Assembly: GCA_963932905.1 (NCBI GenBank)
Contig: CAWVRN010000010.1
Coordinates: forward strand, 54,809 to 118,808
Length of the DNA stretch: 64,000 bases
Source: an uncultured Bdellovibrio sp.
Lineage (GTDB): Bacteria > Bdellovibrionota > Bdellovibrionia > Bdellovibrionales > Bdellovibrionaceae
Reading direction: 5' to 3'
The position numbers and the translations under genes were made by a program. How positions within the stretch are numbered: position 1 is the stretch's first letter; each line of letters begins with the position of its first letter. Below the pieces are notes generated by a model. That model had not been told where the DNA came from and did not search any database. It saw only the letters and a list, made by a program, of their open reading frames with translations. Below, piece by piece: positions 32,457-42,688 of this stretch.

Positions 32457-34124
32457 CTAAACTTTCGCCGTTTTTAATCGTGAATTGCGGATAACCGTTG
32501 TGTACACCACTAATAGTAAGTGCGCGACGACAAATCCGCTGACGTACTCGACACCACCGGCACCGAAGCCGTAGGAATGAAGTCCAGCACCTAATACGAA
32601 ATTCACTCCGTACCATGCCATGATCACCAACGAGAATGTCAGAACGCCGCAGGCGACCATTCCGAAATCTCGAACCCAACCCACTAAACGTCCGTGAATC
32701 ACGGCTAAGTATCCTAATAACGCGATCAATGCCCAAGTTTCTTTTGGGTCCCATCCCCAGAAACGGCCCCAAGAATAATCGGCCCAGATACCACCCAATA
32801 TAATTCCCGGCGCTAAAAACACGACACCAATTTGAATCGAGCGATAAATCGACATAACAATCGCTTTGATTTTGTCTTTGTGTTCGTTTTCACCTTTTAA
32901 GAAATAGATCAAACCAATATCACCTAATGCGAACGCCAAGAAAAATGCGGCATAGCTGACCGTGATCGTCATCACGTGAATTGTTAACCAGTAGTTACTA
33001 CGCAGTACTGGCTCTAACGGCTGCAGTGAAGGATCTAACACAACCGGCGCGGTATCGGCAATAATCATTCCGAACGAAGCAATCAATGCCCCAGCCATCA
33101 AAATGAATTTGAATTTATAAATTTTCTCTAAGACAGCGGCAAAAACAATACTGCCCCAGGCTACCCAAACGACCGTTTCATACATATTCGTCACAGGCGC
33201 ACGATCCATTAAATACGAACGCAGTCCAAAACCTAAGGTGTGTAGCACGAAACCAACGATGACTAAGCCCCACGCCGGATTCATCACCTTGTGTTTGCTT
33301 GTGATCCAAGAGAACAAAATTACCACAGCGCCTAAAAGATAGAAAATGTAGGCCCATTTAAACGGATGAAATCGATTGTAAAACGACTCGACATCAATTT
33401 TATTTTGATCCGCATATTTCTCGGGGTTTTCGGCACGCGCTAACTCCTGAAACGCTGTCACTTTAGAATCTAGATCTTGTCTTGCTGTTTTGATTTCAGA
33501 TTCAGCACGACCTTCTGCCATTGCGCCAATTAATGTGATGAAACTTTTTGTTAAATCTAAAAATTTCTCTTGAGCTGGCCCTTGTTGCATATCCGCAACT
33601 GAAATCCACGTATTGCCTTCTTTCGGAGGAAGAACACGAATCATACGACCTGTCGCGATTTCACTGAATACAAAGTATTGATTTTCTAAACGACTTAGAG
33701 CTTGAAAATACGGAGTTAGTTTTTCCTTCGTTTCCCGTTTTGCCGCGAGTTCTGCACGTAGTTCAGAAAACTTTGCGCCCGAAAACAACTCTTCGCCTTT
33801 ATAATAACGCTTCTGAGAATCCAATCCCAAACGATTTAAAACTTCAAAATTACGAACTTCAAATAACTCTTTGGCCTGCCAAGTTTGCGGCGCTAACATC
33901 CAAGTCAGAATGATTTCATAAGCGTCACGTTTTTCGTATTTTTGTTTACCGTAAACTAACTCCAGCATTTCACGGGCAAAACTATCAAAGGGTTTGATAC
34001 GTCCATCGGCTTGAACCGGAAGACTTCTTAAGGCCTCGCCTTCCTTTTCGCTCATAAGGCCGGCGTATGAGAACGACGATGTTAAAGAAGAGAGTAAAAA
34101 CAAACCAATTAATAGAGCTTTCAT
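32457..34124 (-). CDS. ccsA: Cytochrome c biogenesis system II protein CcsA (ResC-like)
   Basis: GRIKPFDS, RAPVTNMYE, WLTIHV, GGIWADYSWGRFWGWDPKETW (WWD domain) and GLHSY. Confidence 0.92.
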   Translation of the reverse strand: MKALLIGLFLLSSLTSSFSYAGLMSEKEGEALRSLPVQADGRIKPFDSFAREMLELVYGKQKYEKRDAYEIILTWMLAPQTWQAKELFEVRNFEVLNRLGLDSQKRYYKGEELFSGAKFSELRAELAAKRETKEKLTPYFQALSRLENQYFVFSEIATGRMIRVLPPKEGNTWISVADMQQGPAQEKFLDLTKSFITLIGAMAEGRAESEIKTARQDLDSKVTAFQELARAENPEKYADQNKIDVESFYNRFHPFKWAYIFYLLGAVVILFSWITSKHKVMNPAWGLVIVGFVLHTLGFGLRSYLMDRAPVTNMYETVVWVAWGSIVFAAVLEKIYKFKFILMAGALIASFGMIIADTAPVVLDPSLQPLEPVLRSNYWLTIHVMTITVSYAAFFLAFALGDIGLIYFLKGENEHKDKIKAIVMSIYRSIQIGVVFLAPGIILGGIWADYSWGRFWGWDPKETWALIALLGYLAVIHGRLVGWVRDFGMVACGVLTFSLVIMAWYGVNFVLGAGLHSYGFGAGGVEYVSGFVVAHLLLVVYTTVIRNSRLKTAKV

Positions 34125-34133
34125 GGGCACTCC

Positions 34134-35504
34134 TTACGATTTTTTAGCGTGCGTCCCGGTACCAAGTCTTTTGAAGTAAAACAAAAATATAATCCCCAAG
34201 GTCATAATTAACGAACCTAAATATTTAAGCCATCGTCCTGGGTCTTTATTGATAGAAAACACAGATGCCACCGGTTGTCCCATCGGGCCATCTTGGAAGC
34301 TGGCTTGATAAATCGTCAAACCGTTATGTTTAAGCGGCTCGTTCATGGAAATTTCATGCTCGCCGATATCTTTGATCGTAACGACCGATTTATAGCTCAT
34401 CGCGCGTGACGTCCCTTGATATTTTTCCATATGGAATTGATTCAAGAAAATCGGAAAACCGATATCAAAACGGCGGTTACCATAGCTGACAAAGAAAGCG
34501 GCATCATCGGCAAAAAATTTCACCGTATCGTTCACTAGCATCCAGTGTTTAGTTTTACCTTGGAATTCCACTTCGACTGCTTCCGTTGTCAGGGGAGTCG
34601 GTTGCGAACGTTGTTCCACTTTCCATTTCTCTTCGGCTTTAGGAAGGTAGCGCAGAATTCTTAATTCTAATCCCATCCAACCGGTTGGGATCGCTTGGCC
34701 TTCGGCTATGGTTCCTTCTTTTTTGGGATCGATGGCATCTTTTGAAAAAAGGGCATACTTAATTTTATCGCCATCGACTTTCATGTAGATTTCATTGGCG
34801 CCCGTTCCCGCTAGGGGAATTGTGCCCAAGTGAACTTTCAGGGGACCAAGATCAATACTTACAACGTGAGTTGGATTACGTTGAACTAACCATTCAATAA
34901 AATTGGCCTGGCCATTTGAAATTTGAAAACGAATTCCTGACCCTAACTTAGGATTATCGGAAGCCACCGTTTCACGGCTGGCTACCGCGTATGGGTAGTA
35001 ATTAGTGAACCTAATACCGATTTGGTCTTTATATATATTGTAGGGTTTGTCAGGCGTCGGCGCAGCTTTAAAAAAATCGACTTCTTTTTCAAAAATTTTC
35101 GAATAATTTGTACCATCATAAGATGCATACACAGTAACATCAGTTTGCGGCAAACTGACAAAGCGATTTTCATCACCAATGCCGACGCGCATACTGCCGT
35201 CGATACCAAATTGATTGGTTATCAATTGCCCAGCCATGATACAAAGAATTCCCACATGAGCGAAAATGAACGAAATGTGTCGCAGTTTCCATGGCCAACG
35301 ATCCACCATCACCGCAATCAAATTGATTGCGAAAATGCCCATCACGATATTCATGTAAATCGAATCGTAAACTAATTTTTTGGCGGCCGCCGCATCGTAC
35401 TTGGACTCAACAAAAGTTCCGATGGCCGTTAATGTGGCGATGCTGATAATCACCAGTACCGCGAGTTTTATAGATGCTAAAAATTTCAACACTTTATTGG
35501 ACAT
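34134..35504 (-). CDS. resB: Cytochrome c biogenesis system II protein ResB/CcsB
   Basis: LASIKLAV...IGT, FAHVG, ISMNEPLKHNG...YQASF and DPG. Confidence 0.85.
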   Translation of the reverse strand: MSNKVLKFLASIKLAVLVIISIATLTAIGTFVESKYDAAAAKKLVYDSIYMNIVMGIFAINLIAVMVDRWPWKLRHISFIFAHVGILCIMAGQLITNQFGIDGSMRVGIGDENRFVSLPQTDVTVYASYDGTNYSKIFEKEVDFFKAAPTPDKPYNIYKDQIGIRFTNYYPYAVASRETVASDNPKLGSGIRFQISNGQANFIEWLVQRNPTHVVSIDLGPLKVHLGTIPLAGTGANEIYMKVDGDKIKYALFSKDAIDPKKEGTIAEGQAIPTGWMGLELRILRYLPKAEEKWKVEQRSQPTPLTTEAVEVEFQGKTKHWMLVNDTVKFFADDAAFFVSYGNRRFDIGFPIFLNQFHMEKYQGTSRAMSYKSVVTIKDIGEHEISMNEPLKHNGLTIYQASFQDGPMGQPVASVFSINKDPGRWLKYLGSLIMTLGIIFLFYFKRLGTGTHAKKS

Positions 35505-35544
35505 GAGGTCCCCTATTATAGTCCCCAAAAAAGCCGTAAGTCCA

Positions 35545-36336
35545 TTATAAATTTTCTTGGATGTAGCTCAGCGCTTTCTTTAAATTCTGTGAAACTTTTT
35601 GATAGTCGGGATAAATTTTTTTCGTTTCTTCATTCATATAAAGCGCGCGACTCATCTCAACTTGAAGCACTTGCTGCCCTTCTTGTGGCTTTCCGTACTC
35701 TTCTGTTAGGCGACCACCCTTATATGGCCAATTGTAACCCACTTTGAAACCAGCCGTGACATAGGCCGCTATCACAAGATCACGAAATGTGCGCGAACAG
35801 CTGCGCTGATTCGAGTCAGAGATAACAATGTCGGCCCGCTTTTCTCCGGGATCTAGATGCATCGAAGTTCCCAGAGACGGCATAGAATGCAAATCCAAAT
35901 GATATATTGTCTGCTTCCCCGTCCGCTGGCGAAGCTGCGCATACATATCTTTCACTTGTTTGTGAAACGGTTCGTAAATTAGGTTACGGAGTTTGACGTG
36001 CGTGTCAAAGGACATGGGCTCAGAGATTAGTTTTTCTTTGAAGGTAGTGACCGACCAATGGAAACCCCGCTCAAAACCTTTGACATTCGTCGATCCCACG
36101 ACCGAGCTTTGATCTATATCTTGAGGCAATCGATTTAAATCGACAGCGTAACGATGCCACTCTGTTTTCACGAGCGGTAAAGACAAAGATTTAATTGCAT
36201 CATCGTAGAGAACGTCGACATAACGATCCACATCGCGCATTAACATCGGTTCCGATAAATTCAACAACCAAGGCGTCAGGTCTGGGATTTTTTCGCCGGA
36301 ATGAGGAATCGTTACAAAAAAAGGTTTTTGACTCAA
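35545..36336 (-). CDS. N-formylglutamate amidohydrolase family protein
   Basis: IPHSG, RYAVDLNR, DLHSMP, NWPYKGG and QVEMSRALYM. Confidence 0.9.
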   Translation of the reverse strand: MSQKPFFVTIPHSGEKIPDLTPWLLNLSEPMLMRDVDRYVDVLYDDAIKSLSLPLVKTEWHRYAVDLNRLPQDIDQSSVVGSTNVKGFERGFHWSVTTFKEKLISEPMSFDTHVKLRNLIYEPFHKQVKDMYAQLRQRTGKQTIYHLDLHSMPSLGTSMHLDPGEKRADIVISDSNQRSCSRTFRDLVIAAYVTAGFKVGYNWPYKGGRLTEEYGKPQEGQQVLQVEMSRALYMNEETKKIYPDYQKVSQNLKKALSYIQENL

Positions 36337-36365
36337 TCGAGCCTCCTTGCCACAATAATATTAGC

Positions 36366-36950
36366 ATGACTGACGGGAATAAAAAATCAAAAATTTACAC
36401 ACGAACAGGCGACAAAGGCTCTACCCGTTTAGTGGATGGATCTAGCGTAAAGAAATTCAATTTGCGCGTCGATGCCTACGGCACCGTTGATGAGTTAAAT
36501 TCCTACCTCGGCATTGTACGATTGCATTGCGAGCAGCACAAAATAGAAAACGATTTCTTAGCGACCATTCAACATCATTTGTTTCGCGTCGGCAGCTTGT
36601 TGGCGTGTCAAGACGCTGCGACTTTGAAAATGCTGCCACAAATTGAAGATCGCCATATCGTAGCGCTCGAAAAAAAAATTGACGAACTAGATGCCACACT
36701 ACCCGCTTTGAAAAATTTCATTCTGCCTTTCGGTGATGCCGCCAGTTCGCATGCACAGTATGCACGCACACTATGTAGACGTGCGGAACGTCGCGCGGTG
36801 GAAGTTATGGAAAATTTTGATCAAGATTCGCAATTGTTAAAAGATGTTTTGATCTATCTTAATCGATTGAGTGATTTGTTATTTGTATACTCTCGTTGGT
36901 TCAACTCGAAATCTCAACAGCCAGAAATGATCTGGGACAAAGAAGTTTAG
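36366..36950 (+). CDS. PduO-type cob(I)alamin adenosyltransferase
   Basis: KIYTRTGDKG, AYGTVDELNS, FILP, RTLCRRAER and YLNRLSDLLF. Start at ATG 36366. Confidence 0.93.
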   Translation: MTDGNKKSKIYTRTGDKGSTRLVDGSSVKKFNLRVDAYGTVDELNSYLGIVRLHCEQHKIENDFLATIQHHLFRVGSLLACQDAATLKMLPQIEDRHIVALEKKIDELDATLPALKNFILPFGDAASSHAQYARTLCRRAERRAVEVMENFDQDSQLLKDVLIYLNRLSDLLFVYSRWFNSKSQQPEMIWDKEV

Positions 36951-36952
36951 AA

Positions 36953-38083
36953 ATGCGTTTAGAATTAGCTCAAATGTCCAACAACGAAGAACTTCTGGAA
37001 TTCTATGGCCGCTTCCCGCTCGAGAATTACATGCAATTAAAGCTAGATCGTGGACGTGATTTTTTCAAATACTACAACATACAGTCGGATCAGTTTGTTT
37101 CCTACATTTTACGTGATGAAAAATCAACGATCTTGGGTCATGTCGCTTTCTTGATCGAAACCGTTTTAATTGAGGGCAAAACCACTCGCATTGCTTGGTC
37201 ACGGGACCTGCGTATTTCCCCTGAGCGTAAAGCCATCCTGCAATGGTCGGAGCACACCAAGGATGTCTTCGCGGAAGTTAGAAAAATTTTTGGTGTAGAG
37301 TACTTCATGACATCTTTAAATATGAACGAATTGGCCGCACTGAATACGTTCATACGCCCGCGCTCGCAAAAACGTTTCATGCCTAGATATTTTTTATATC
37401 GCAAATTCGACTTGGTATCGCTACATGGCCAGTTCCCATTCACGTACGCGCCCGATTCAAAACTAAAAATCCGCCGCGGCAATCCCAGCCAAGCGGATCA
37501 ATACATCAATTACTTATTAAAGAAAAATCAAGACTACGCTTTTAGCTTGTATACGAACAAAGAAAACTTCTTAGAAACCATGGACCGCTGGACATCACTT
37601 AGCTGGGAAGATTTCTTCATCGCATTTGATTCCAAAGACAACATCGTCGGGATGATGAGTAGCTGGTCCAGCGCCGGTGTTCAAGATTTCATTCCTTTGC
37701 GCTACTCACTGCTAGCTCATAATTTTCGTCAATTCTTAAAATTCGGAAAATTATTTTCATGGAGTCGAACACTAACGAAGCCGTATCATCGAATTAAAAT
37801 CGAAGCATCACTCAACTTTAGAAGCCTGAACCACATCTATGTGGATCACCCGGATGTTTTTCACAGTTTGCTGTGGAAGGCATACGATGAAGCTCGTGAT
37901 AACGAATTCTTAGTTTACGCTCGCGATAGAAAAAATATTAATTTAAAACCACCATTGGGTTGGATTTCGGCAGAGCAAACGTACGGATTGTATTGCACGG
38001 TTTTACCAGATGAAGAAATTCCGTCGTTCCTGCACCCAAGCCATGAAGGTTTGATGAACCTAGAGACAACGCGATTGATTTAG
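36953..38083 (+). CDS. Hypothetical protein, possible GNAT-like fold
   Basis: Long ORF starting 2 nt after the PduO stop; DLRISPERK segment weakly resembles an acetyltransferase motif. Confidence 0.55.
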   Translation: MRLELAQMSNNEELLEFYGRFPLENYMQLKLDRGRDFFKYYNIQSDQFVSYILRDEKSTILGHVAFLIETVLIEGKTTRIAWSRDLRISPERKAILQWSEHTKDVFAEVRKIFGVEYFMTSLNMNELAALNTFIRPRSQKRFMPRYFLYRKFDLVSLHGQFPFTYAPDSKLKIRRGNPSQADQYINYLLKKNQDYAFSLYTNKENFLETMDRWTSLSWEDFFIAFDSKDNIVGMMSSWSSAGVQDFIPLRYSLLAHNFRQFLKFGKLFSWSRTLTKPYHRIKIEASLNFRSLNHIYVDHPDVFHSLLWKAYDEARDNEFLVYARDRKNINLKPPLGWISAEQTYGLYCTVLPDEEIPSFLHPSHEGLMNLETTRLI

Positions 38084-38158
38084 GCTGTCTCGAACACTCT
38101 ATTAAGTATAAGAACTTCTTTTTCACTCATAACCTTTATGAACACAGGAACGTGAACC

Positions 38159-38578
38159 CTACCCTACACGATATTTAATAATTTTCTCGACATCGGGCTT
38201 ACATGTTCCACATGCGGTGGAACAACCTGTCCAGCGACTAGCCAGCTCATGCGTGTGAGCTCCGTTAACAATTGCCTGATCCACCGTTTTCGTTTTCACG
38301 TGTCGGCAATGACAGATTTCTTCGTCTTTATAGGGATAATCCCAAGTGCCTTTGAGTTTTAAGACAAACTCACGGATCACCATTTCCGAATGAGACGTGC
38401 CAGATGGCACAGGCCATTTGTAAACATCGTTACCAAAATTAGCACGATAGTTTTTCACCAATTGCGTAAACTCAAAACAACCAATGAAGGACACTTTATT
38501 TTGACTGTCTACAGATTCCAATTTGATTTGGTCTCTACCGTCGACTTTGGCTTCTACTAATTTTTTTGCGCTTTCCAT
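38159..38578 (-). CDS. BFD-like [2Fe-2S]-binding protein
   Basis: C-terminal ICHCRHV...GCSTACGTCKP. Confidence 0.8.
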   Translation of the reverse strand: MESAKKLVEAKVDGRDQIKLESVDSQNKVSFIGCFEFTQLVKNYRANFGNDVYKWPVPSGTSHSEMVIREFVLKLKGTWDYPYKDEEICHCRHVKTKTVDQAIVNGAHTHELASRWTGCSTACGTCKPDVEKIIKYRVG

Positions 38579-38602
38579 AAGCCTAAATTATACTCGAGTC
38601 CT

Positions 38603-39565
38603 ATGACGAAGGAAACAGTACTGGACTGCGATTTTGTAATTTTGAACAGAATACCTAGTTTGTATTCAGCACAACGCTTTCAATCGGAAATAACGCGACT
38701 TAATCGCAAAGCCAAACTGGTAACGCCGGAATGGTTGATCGAAAATGCATCTCAATTTGAAACACGCGGCCTAGGTCTGGGGGTACTGTACCGTCAAGGC
38801 GATCTCAATTTTTGGTCGACGCACACGGCACTTGCTAAACTCCCTTTTAAAATCATCAACTCGCCAAGTGCATTTTTAAATGCGCGCGACAAGTGGCGTA
38901 CTGCACAGTCTTGGCAGAAGCAAAATATTCCGATGCCTAAAACAGGTGTGCTAACAGATTATTTTTCCTCAGTACCTACTTTGAACATCTCTGAACTCTT
39001 TCAAACACTGAAGGAAAAGTTTGGTTTACCGTTTATGATTAAAAAACGATTCTCTAGTCAAGGCCACGGCGTTTTTCTGATCGATGCCGAATCGACTTTG
39101 ACCGAACTTATCGATCAAGATGCGCCTTTATTTAGTAGTACGAGCGCACTTGAATTGAATTATTTCAAATCAGAATTTGATTCCGACAAAGCACCTCCAC
39201 CCATTTGGATTCAATTGCGACGCTGGATTGCCCAAGAATGCATACAAGAGAGCCTCGGAACTGACACGCGAGTTTTCACAATTCAAAATGAACAATTCTG
39301 CGTCACACGTCATAACACGCAGTCATTTAAAAGTAATTTACATCAGGGTGGCCAAGCTAAATCCACCATACTAACAGCGCTAGAGGCAGAACTCAGTTAC
39401 AAAATTCATCAGCAATCCGGTTTAAATTACTCAGGCATTGATTTTTTAAGAACAAAGACAGGGCCAAGATTTTTAGAAATTAATCCTAGCCCGGGATTCG
39501 AAGGTGTAGAAACTATCTATAGAGAAAATGTCGCACTGAAACTGATGAACGAATTCAGCAGTTAG
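38603..39565 (+). CDS. RimK-like ATP-grasp ligase
   Basis: ARDK, SQGHGVFLI, DTRV, FKSNLHQGG, GIDFL and LEINPSPGF. Confidence 0.85.
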   Translation: MTKETVLDCDFVILNRIPSLYSAQRFQSEITRLNRKAKLVTPEWLIENASQFETRGLGLGVLYRQGDLNFWSTHTALAKLPFKIINSPSAFLNARDKWRTAQSWQKQNIPMPKTGVLTDYFSSVPTLNISELFQTLKEKFGLPFMIKKRFSSQGHGVFLIDAESTLTELIDQDAPLFSSTSALELNYFKSEFDSDKAPPPIWIQLRRWIAQECIQESLGTDTRVFTIQNEQFCVTRHNTQSFKSNLHQGGQAKSTILTALEAELSYKIHQQSGLNYSGIDFLRTKTGPRFLEINPSPGFEGVETIYRENVALKLMNEFSS

Positions 39566-41568
39566 TTCAGTTTTTTCTCAGCACTGGTTGGATAACAACC
39601 CAGCTGGACCGATTTAGAATGAACAATCGCGGTTCGAGTCGTTAAACCATATCGTCTGGTTTTTTCTGCCTCTTTACTTTTAAGACCAGACTTCGAATCA
39701 TCGTCTTCAAGGCCCACGTGGCCCACACAGTTGGAAATTACATATTTATCCATATTCGACTTAATCAAACCCGAACTACGCAAGTAATAACAAAACAAAC
39801 CCGCCGAATTATAAACTTTATTTGCGCTGTTTGATTCAATTACTAAATCCTGCAATTGCGAGCATGTATTGGTGGCATCCCTCTTAGAAGCCCCTTTTAT
39901 GAACAAAGCCGGTGTCAAATTTTCTAAATTATACTGCCTACGAGAAACTTGAACCTTATTCTGAAGTTCCATATAGGCAAATTGGTTGTTTCTGTTTTTT
40001 GGATCAGAGTTAAAAGCGTCAATAATTTGTTTTATATAGGCTGTATTTGATGAAACGTTTAACGATGAAAATTTATCATTAAATGAATCTACGATATCAT
40101 CGTATTCTTCTAACCTATGCTCAAGCCATTTACCCGCTAATGATTTAGAGAAAAATCCATTGGCCCCAAACAATTGTCTATCTAAATCACGAAATTCAAT
40201 TATCAATTCAGCCTGAGGAATCAGTTGAGACACATCTCCCGATTTAGAAATATAGGCATCAATTTTTTCATACAGGACACTGTCCGCTTCTAGTTGGGCA
40301 GCGTTTTTTCTCCATTCGTTAAACACCCTATCTGCCAATAGTCCATCATATACTTTTTCGGAACGACCTTGAATTTCGCTGCCAAGCTCGCCCAGAATAA
40401 TCGCTACATTAGCTTTCCATTTATCAATTGCTTTAACGCATAGACCATATTGGAATGTACGGTGATCGTATCCTGGCGTTCCTGGGCCTTTTGCTTTAGC
40501 TGCCGCCAAAGCTTCTGCCATTTCTGTTTTATTTTCCTCAATAACTTTAAGAAGTGCCACGGTGTGATCTTCTTTCGGCATTTGCAAATCTTTAAACACG
40601 CCATTCATGCTGACAAAATTGTTCGCCACCGAACAACGGTATGAAGGGTCATCGCTTTTGATGTAAATTTGATCAAAGTCAGCTAACTTTTTTCTAGCGA
40701 TAAGAATTTTTTCAAAATCATCTTTAATTTTACTTTTCAGTCCGTGATATTTCACAATCAAGTCTGCAACCTTTGGATCTTTTTTCCTATAGAAAACTTC
40801 TAGGTCTGCAATGCTTTTTAATGTGTCTTGATATTTTTTGCTATAATCAATGCGGCCATTGTTAAATTTTGAAAGTTCACGGATTTGTTTATTGATACGT
40901 TGATAATCACAGATACTTTTAGCAACTAAGTTTCTATGTTCAGGGTTTTTCATATCCAAAGGGTTATCTTTGTCGTTAGCTAAATCAGAAACTCCTTCAA
41001 TGACCTTAGCACTCACACCAACAAGTAAAGCTAATGTTAATGATTTACCAATCGGCAATTTAGAAATTGCGCCCGTTGCTATTTTTCCAACTAAACCCAT
41101 TTGACCTATCATCGGCATAAAGATGGTCGCGGCCATCAGTACCGGCGCCAGATTCATAGTGACATCTGATACGCTGGATAAAATCGAAACCAATGTATCT
41201 TTCTTATCTTTTGATTTTAAGCATGAGCCTGCAGATTTCAAAGATTTCGTAATTGAATTCACGGAATCGATTGCCGTTTGCGCCGCCGTACCAAATTGTG
41301 TGGCATCCATAGCCATCGCCTGATTCGTTACAAATTCGTGTAACTTACCCGAAGAGTCCTTTAAGCCGTCAACACTTTGAAAAGCTTGTCGAGTTCCTTC
41401 CGTTTTACATTCTTCAGGAACTAAGCTTAGTTTTTCTTTCAGTTTTTTAATCGACGTCAGCAAGTCAGCATGCTCTGAGCTGTCTAAAACACACGCTTGT
41501 CCATATGATCGCACAGGGCTAATCACCAAGGTTAGAACAACAATTAGAATTCCAGCTAATCTGAACAC
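39562..41568 (-). CDS. Large secreted, mostly helical hypothetical protein with internal hydrophobic segment
   Basis: 668 aa; signal peptide; several Cys; GTG start overlaps the upstream TAG. Confidence 0.7.
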   Translation of the reverse strand: MFRLAGILIVVLTLVISPVRSYGQACVLDSSEHADLLTSIKKLKEKLSLVPEECKTEGTRQAFQSVDGLKDSSGKLHEFVTNQAMAMDATQFGTAAQTAIDSVNSITKSLKSAGSCLKSKDKKDTLVSILSSVSDVTMNLAPVLMAATIFMPMIGQMGLVGKIATGAISKLPIGKSLTLALLVGVSAKVIEGVSDLANDKDNPLDMKNPEHRNLVAKSICDYQRINKQIRELSKFNNGRIDYSKKYQDTLKSIADLEVFYRKKDPKVADLIVKYHGLKSKIKDDFEKILIARKKLADFDQIYIKSDDPSYRCSVANNFVSMNGVFKDLQMPKEDHTVALLKVIEENKTEMAEALAAAKAKGPGTPGYDHRTFQYGLCVKAIDKWKANVAIILGELGSEIQGRSEKVYDGLLADRVFNEWRKNAAQLEADSVLYEKIDAYISKSGDVSQLIPQAELIIEFRDLDRQLFGANGFFSKSLAGKWLEHRLEEYDDIVDSFNDKFSSLNVSSNTAYIKQIIDAFNSDPKNRNNQFAYMELQNKVQVSRRQYNLENLTPALFIKGASKRDATNTCSQLQDLVIESNSANKVYNSAGLFCYYLRSSGLIKSNMDKYVISNCVGHVGLEDDDSKSGLKSKEAEKTRRYGLTTRTAIVHSKSVQLGCYPTSAEKKLN

Positions 41569-42554
41569 TATATACCTCTATAAACCCGAATACATTTATT
41601 AGTTTGAGTTACCGGCCGAACCTTAGCGATAGCCGACAACAATTGAAACATTTGATCGTTCGACAATCGAAGAACATCATTTGAAGTAATATCTACCTTC
41701 TTATTTAAATTATGACCTTTTAATTTCAGCTGCGCTTTTCTCCAAGCCCAGATGCTGACTTGGAATGGGCTTGTGACGACATCGATCGCTAACGAAACCG
41801 TTGCGGCCGCCGCGCCAATGATGGCCGTCGGTGCACCTGCTGAAACAAATATAGATACGGCAGTATTGGTTAAATTTAAACCCGGCTGCATGTTAACTTT
41901 ACCCTTGGTATTTGAAATTTCAGTTTTAGTTTGATTTGAAATATCGTCTAGTTGTTCCTTCGTAAATTCGCCCGAAATTTCACGCAATTCGTCCGGTTTA
42001 CCAAACGTTCCCGTCGTGATTACAACAAACTGAAAATTATTTGGACCAACTTGGCGTAATGCCATAGTTCGTCCTTGAGCCGTTAAATGAACACCCACTA
42101 AATTAATTTTATGGCGAAGATCAGAAATGTACTCGGCATCCATTGTGCGATCGGCATATTGCCCGTCGGTACTTAACGGCAACTGAAAATTGAACTTTTT
42201 ATTGATGGGCAGTGCTTCCGCACCAAAGGCATAGCTATCTCTATTTAAATCAGCTAGTGCCGCTAAAACCTTGGGATCATTCTTAATTTTTTCTACTAAT
42301 TCAGGCAACGCTGCCGAAGGCAAATTTTGTTCTGCGATCAGAATACTTCGCCCCAAATCGAGTGGATCATTGTTGGTCCGAACCGCCTCATTCAACATCT
42401 TTGAAATCAAAAAACTGACTCGCTGACTGACTCGTCTTGTATTTGCCTCATCCATTAATTTAGTGATTTCAGGAAGTAACACCGAAGGTTCAGCCGCCAA
42501 TGCCGAACTCAGTGTGACCAAACTAACTAAGATATACGTCTTCAAAAGCTTCAT
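41568..42554 (-). CDS. Secreted hypothetical protein with C-terminal hydrophobic hairpin
   Basis: Start MKLLKTY at 42554 with GGGAG SD; signal peptide ending ALA. Confidence 0.7.
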   Translation of the reverse strand: MKLLKTYILVSLVTLSSALAAEPSVLLPEITKLMDEANTRRVSQRVSFLISKMLNEAVRTNNDPLDLGRSILIAEQNLPSAALPELVEKIKNDPKVLAALADLNRDSYAFGAEALPINKKFNFQLPLSTDGQYADRTMDAEYISDLRHKINLVGVHLTAQGRTMALRQVGPNNFQFVVITTGTFGKPDELREISGEFTKEQLDDISNQTKTEISNTKGKVNMQPGLNLTNTAVSIFVSAGAPTAIIGAAAATVSLAIDVVTSPFQVSIWAWRKAQLKLKGHNLNKKVDITSNDVLRLSNDQMFQLLSAIAKVRPVTQTNKCIRVYRGI

Positions 42555-42589
42555 TGGCGCTCCCTGTTTTTCTATCCAGCAAGGAGTAC

Positions 42590-42605
42590 AGCGATACCAG
42601 TGCCA
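42590..42605 (-). promoter_or_regulatory. Putative sigma54 promoter of the two-gene secreted operon
   Basis: TGGCACTGGTATCGCT (TGGCAC-N5-TCGC); TGTCCAAATTTTAGACA palindrome at 42644-42660. Confidence 0.6.
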
Positions 42606-42688
42606 TCTTATTAGCTTATGGGTTGTATTTGAGTAAATTTTACTGTCCAAATTTTAGACAATGAGACGTCTACCGCAGAACAGTCGAT

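Noticed and set aside
36195..36365. N-terminal extension of the PduO ORF
   Set aside because: Overlaps the divergent amidohydrolase gene; the family motif begins after ATG 36366.
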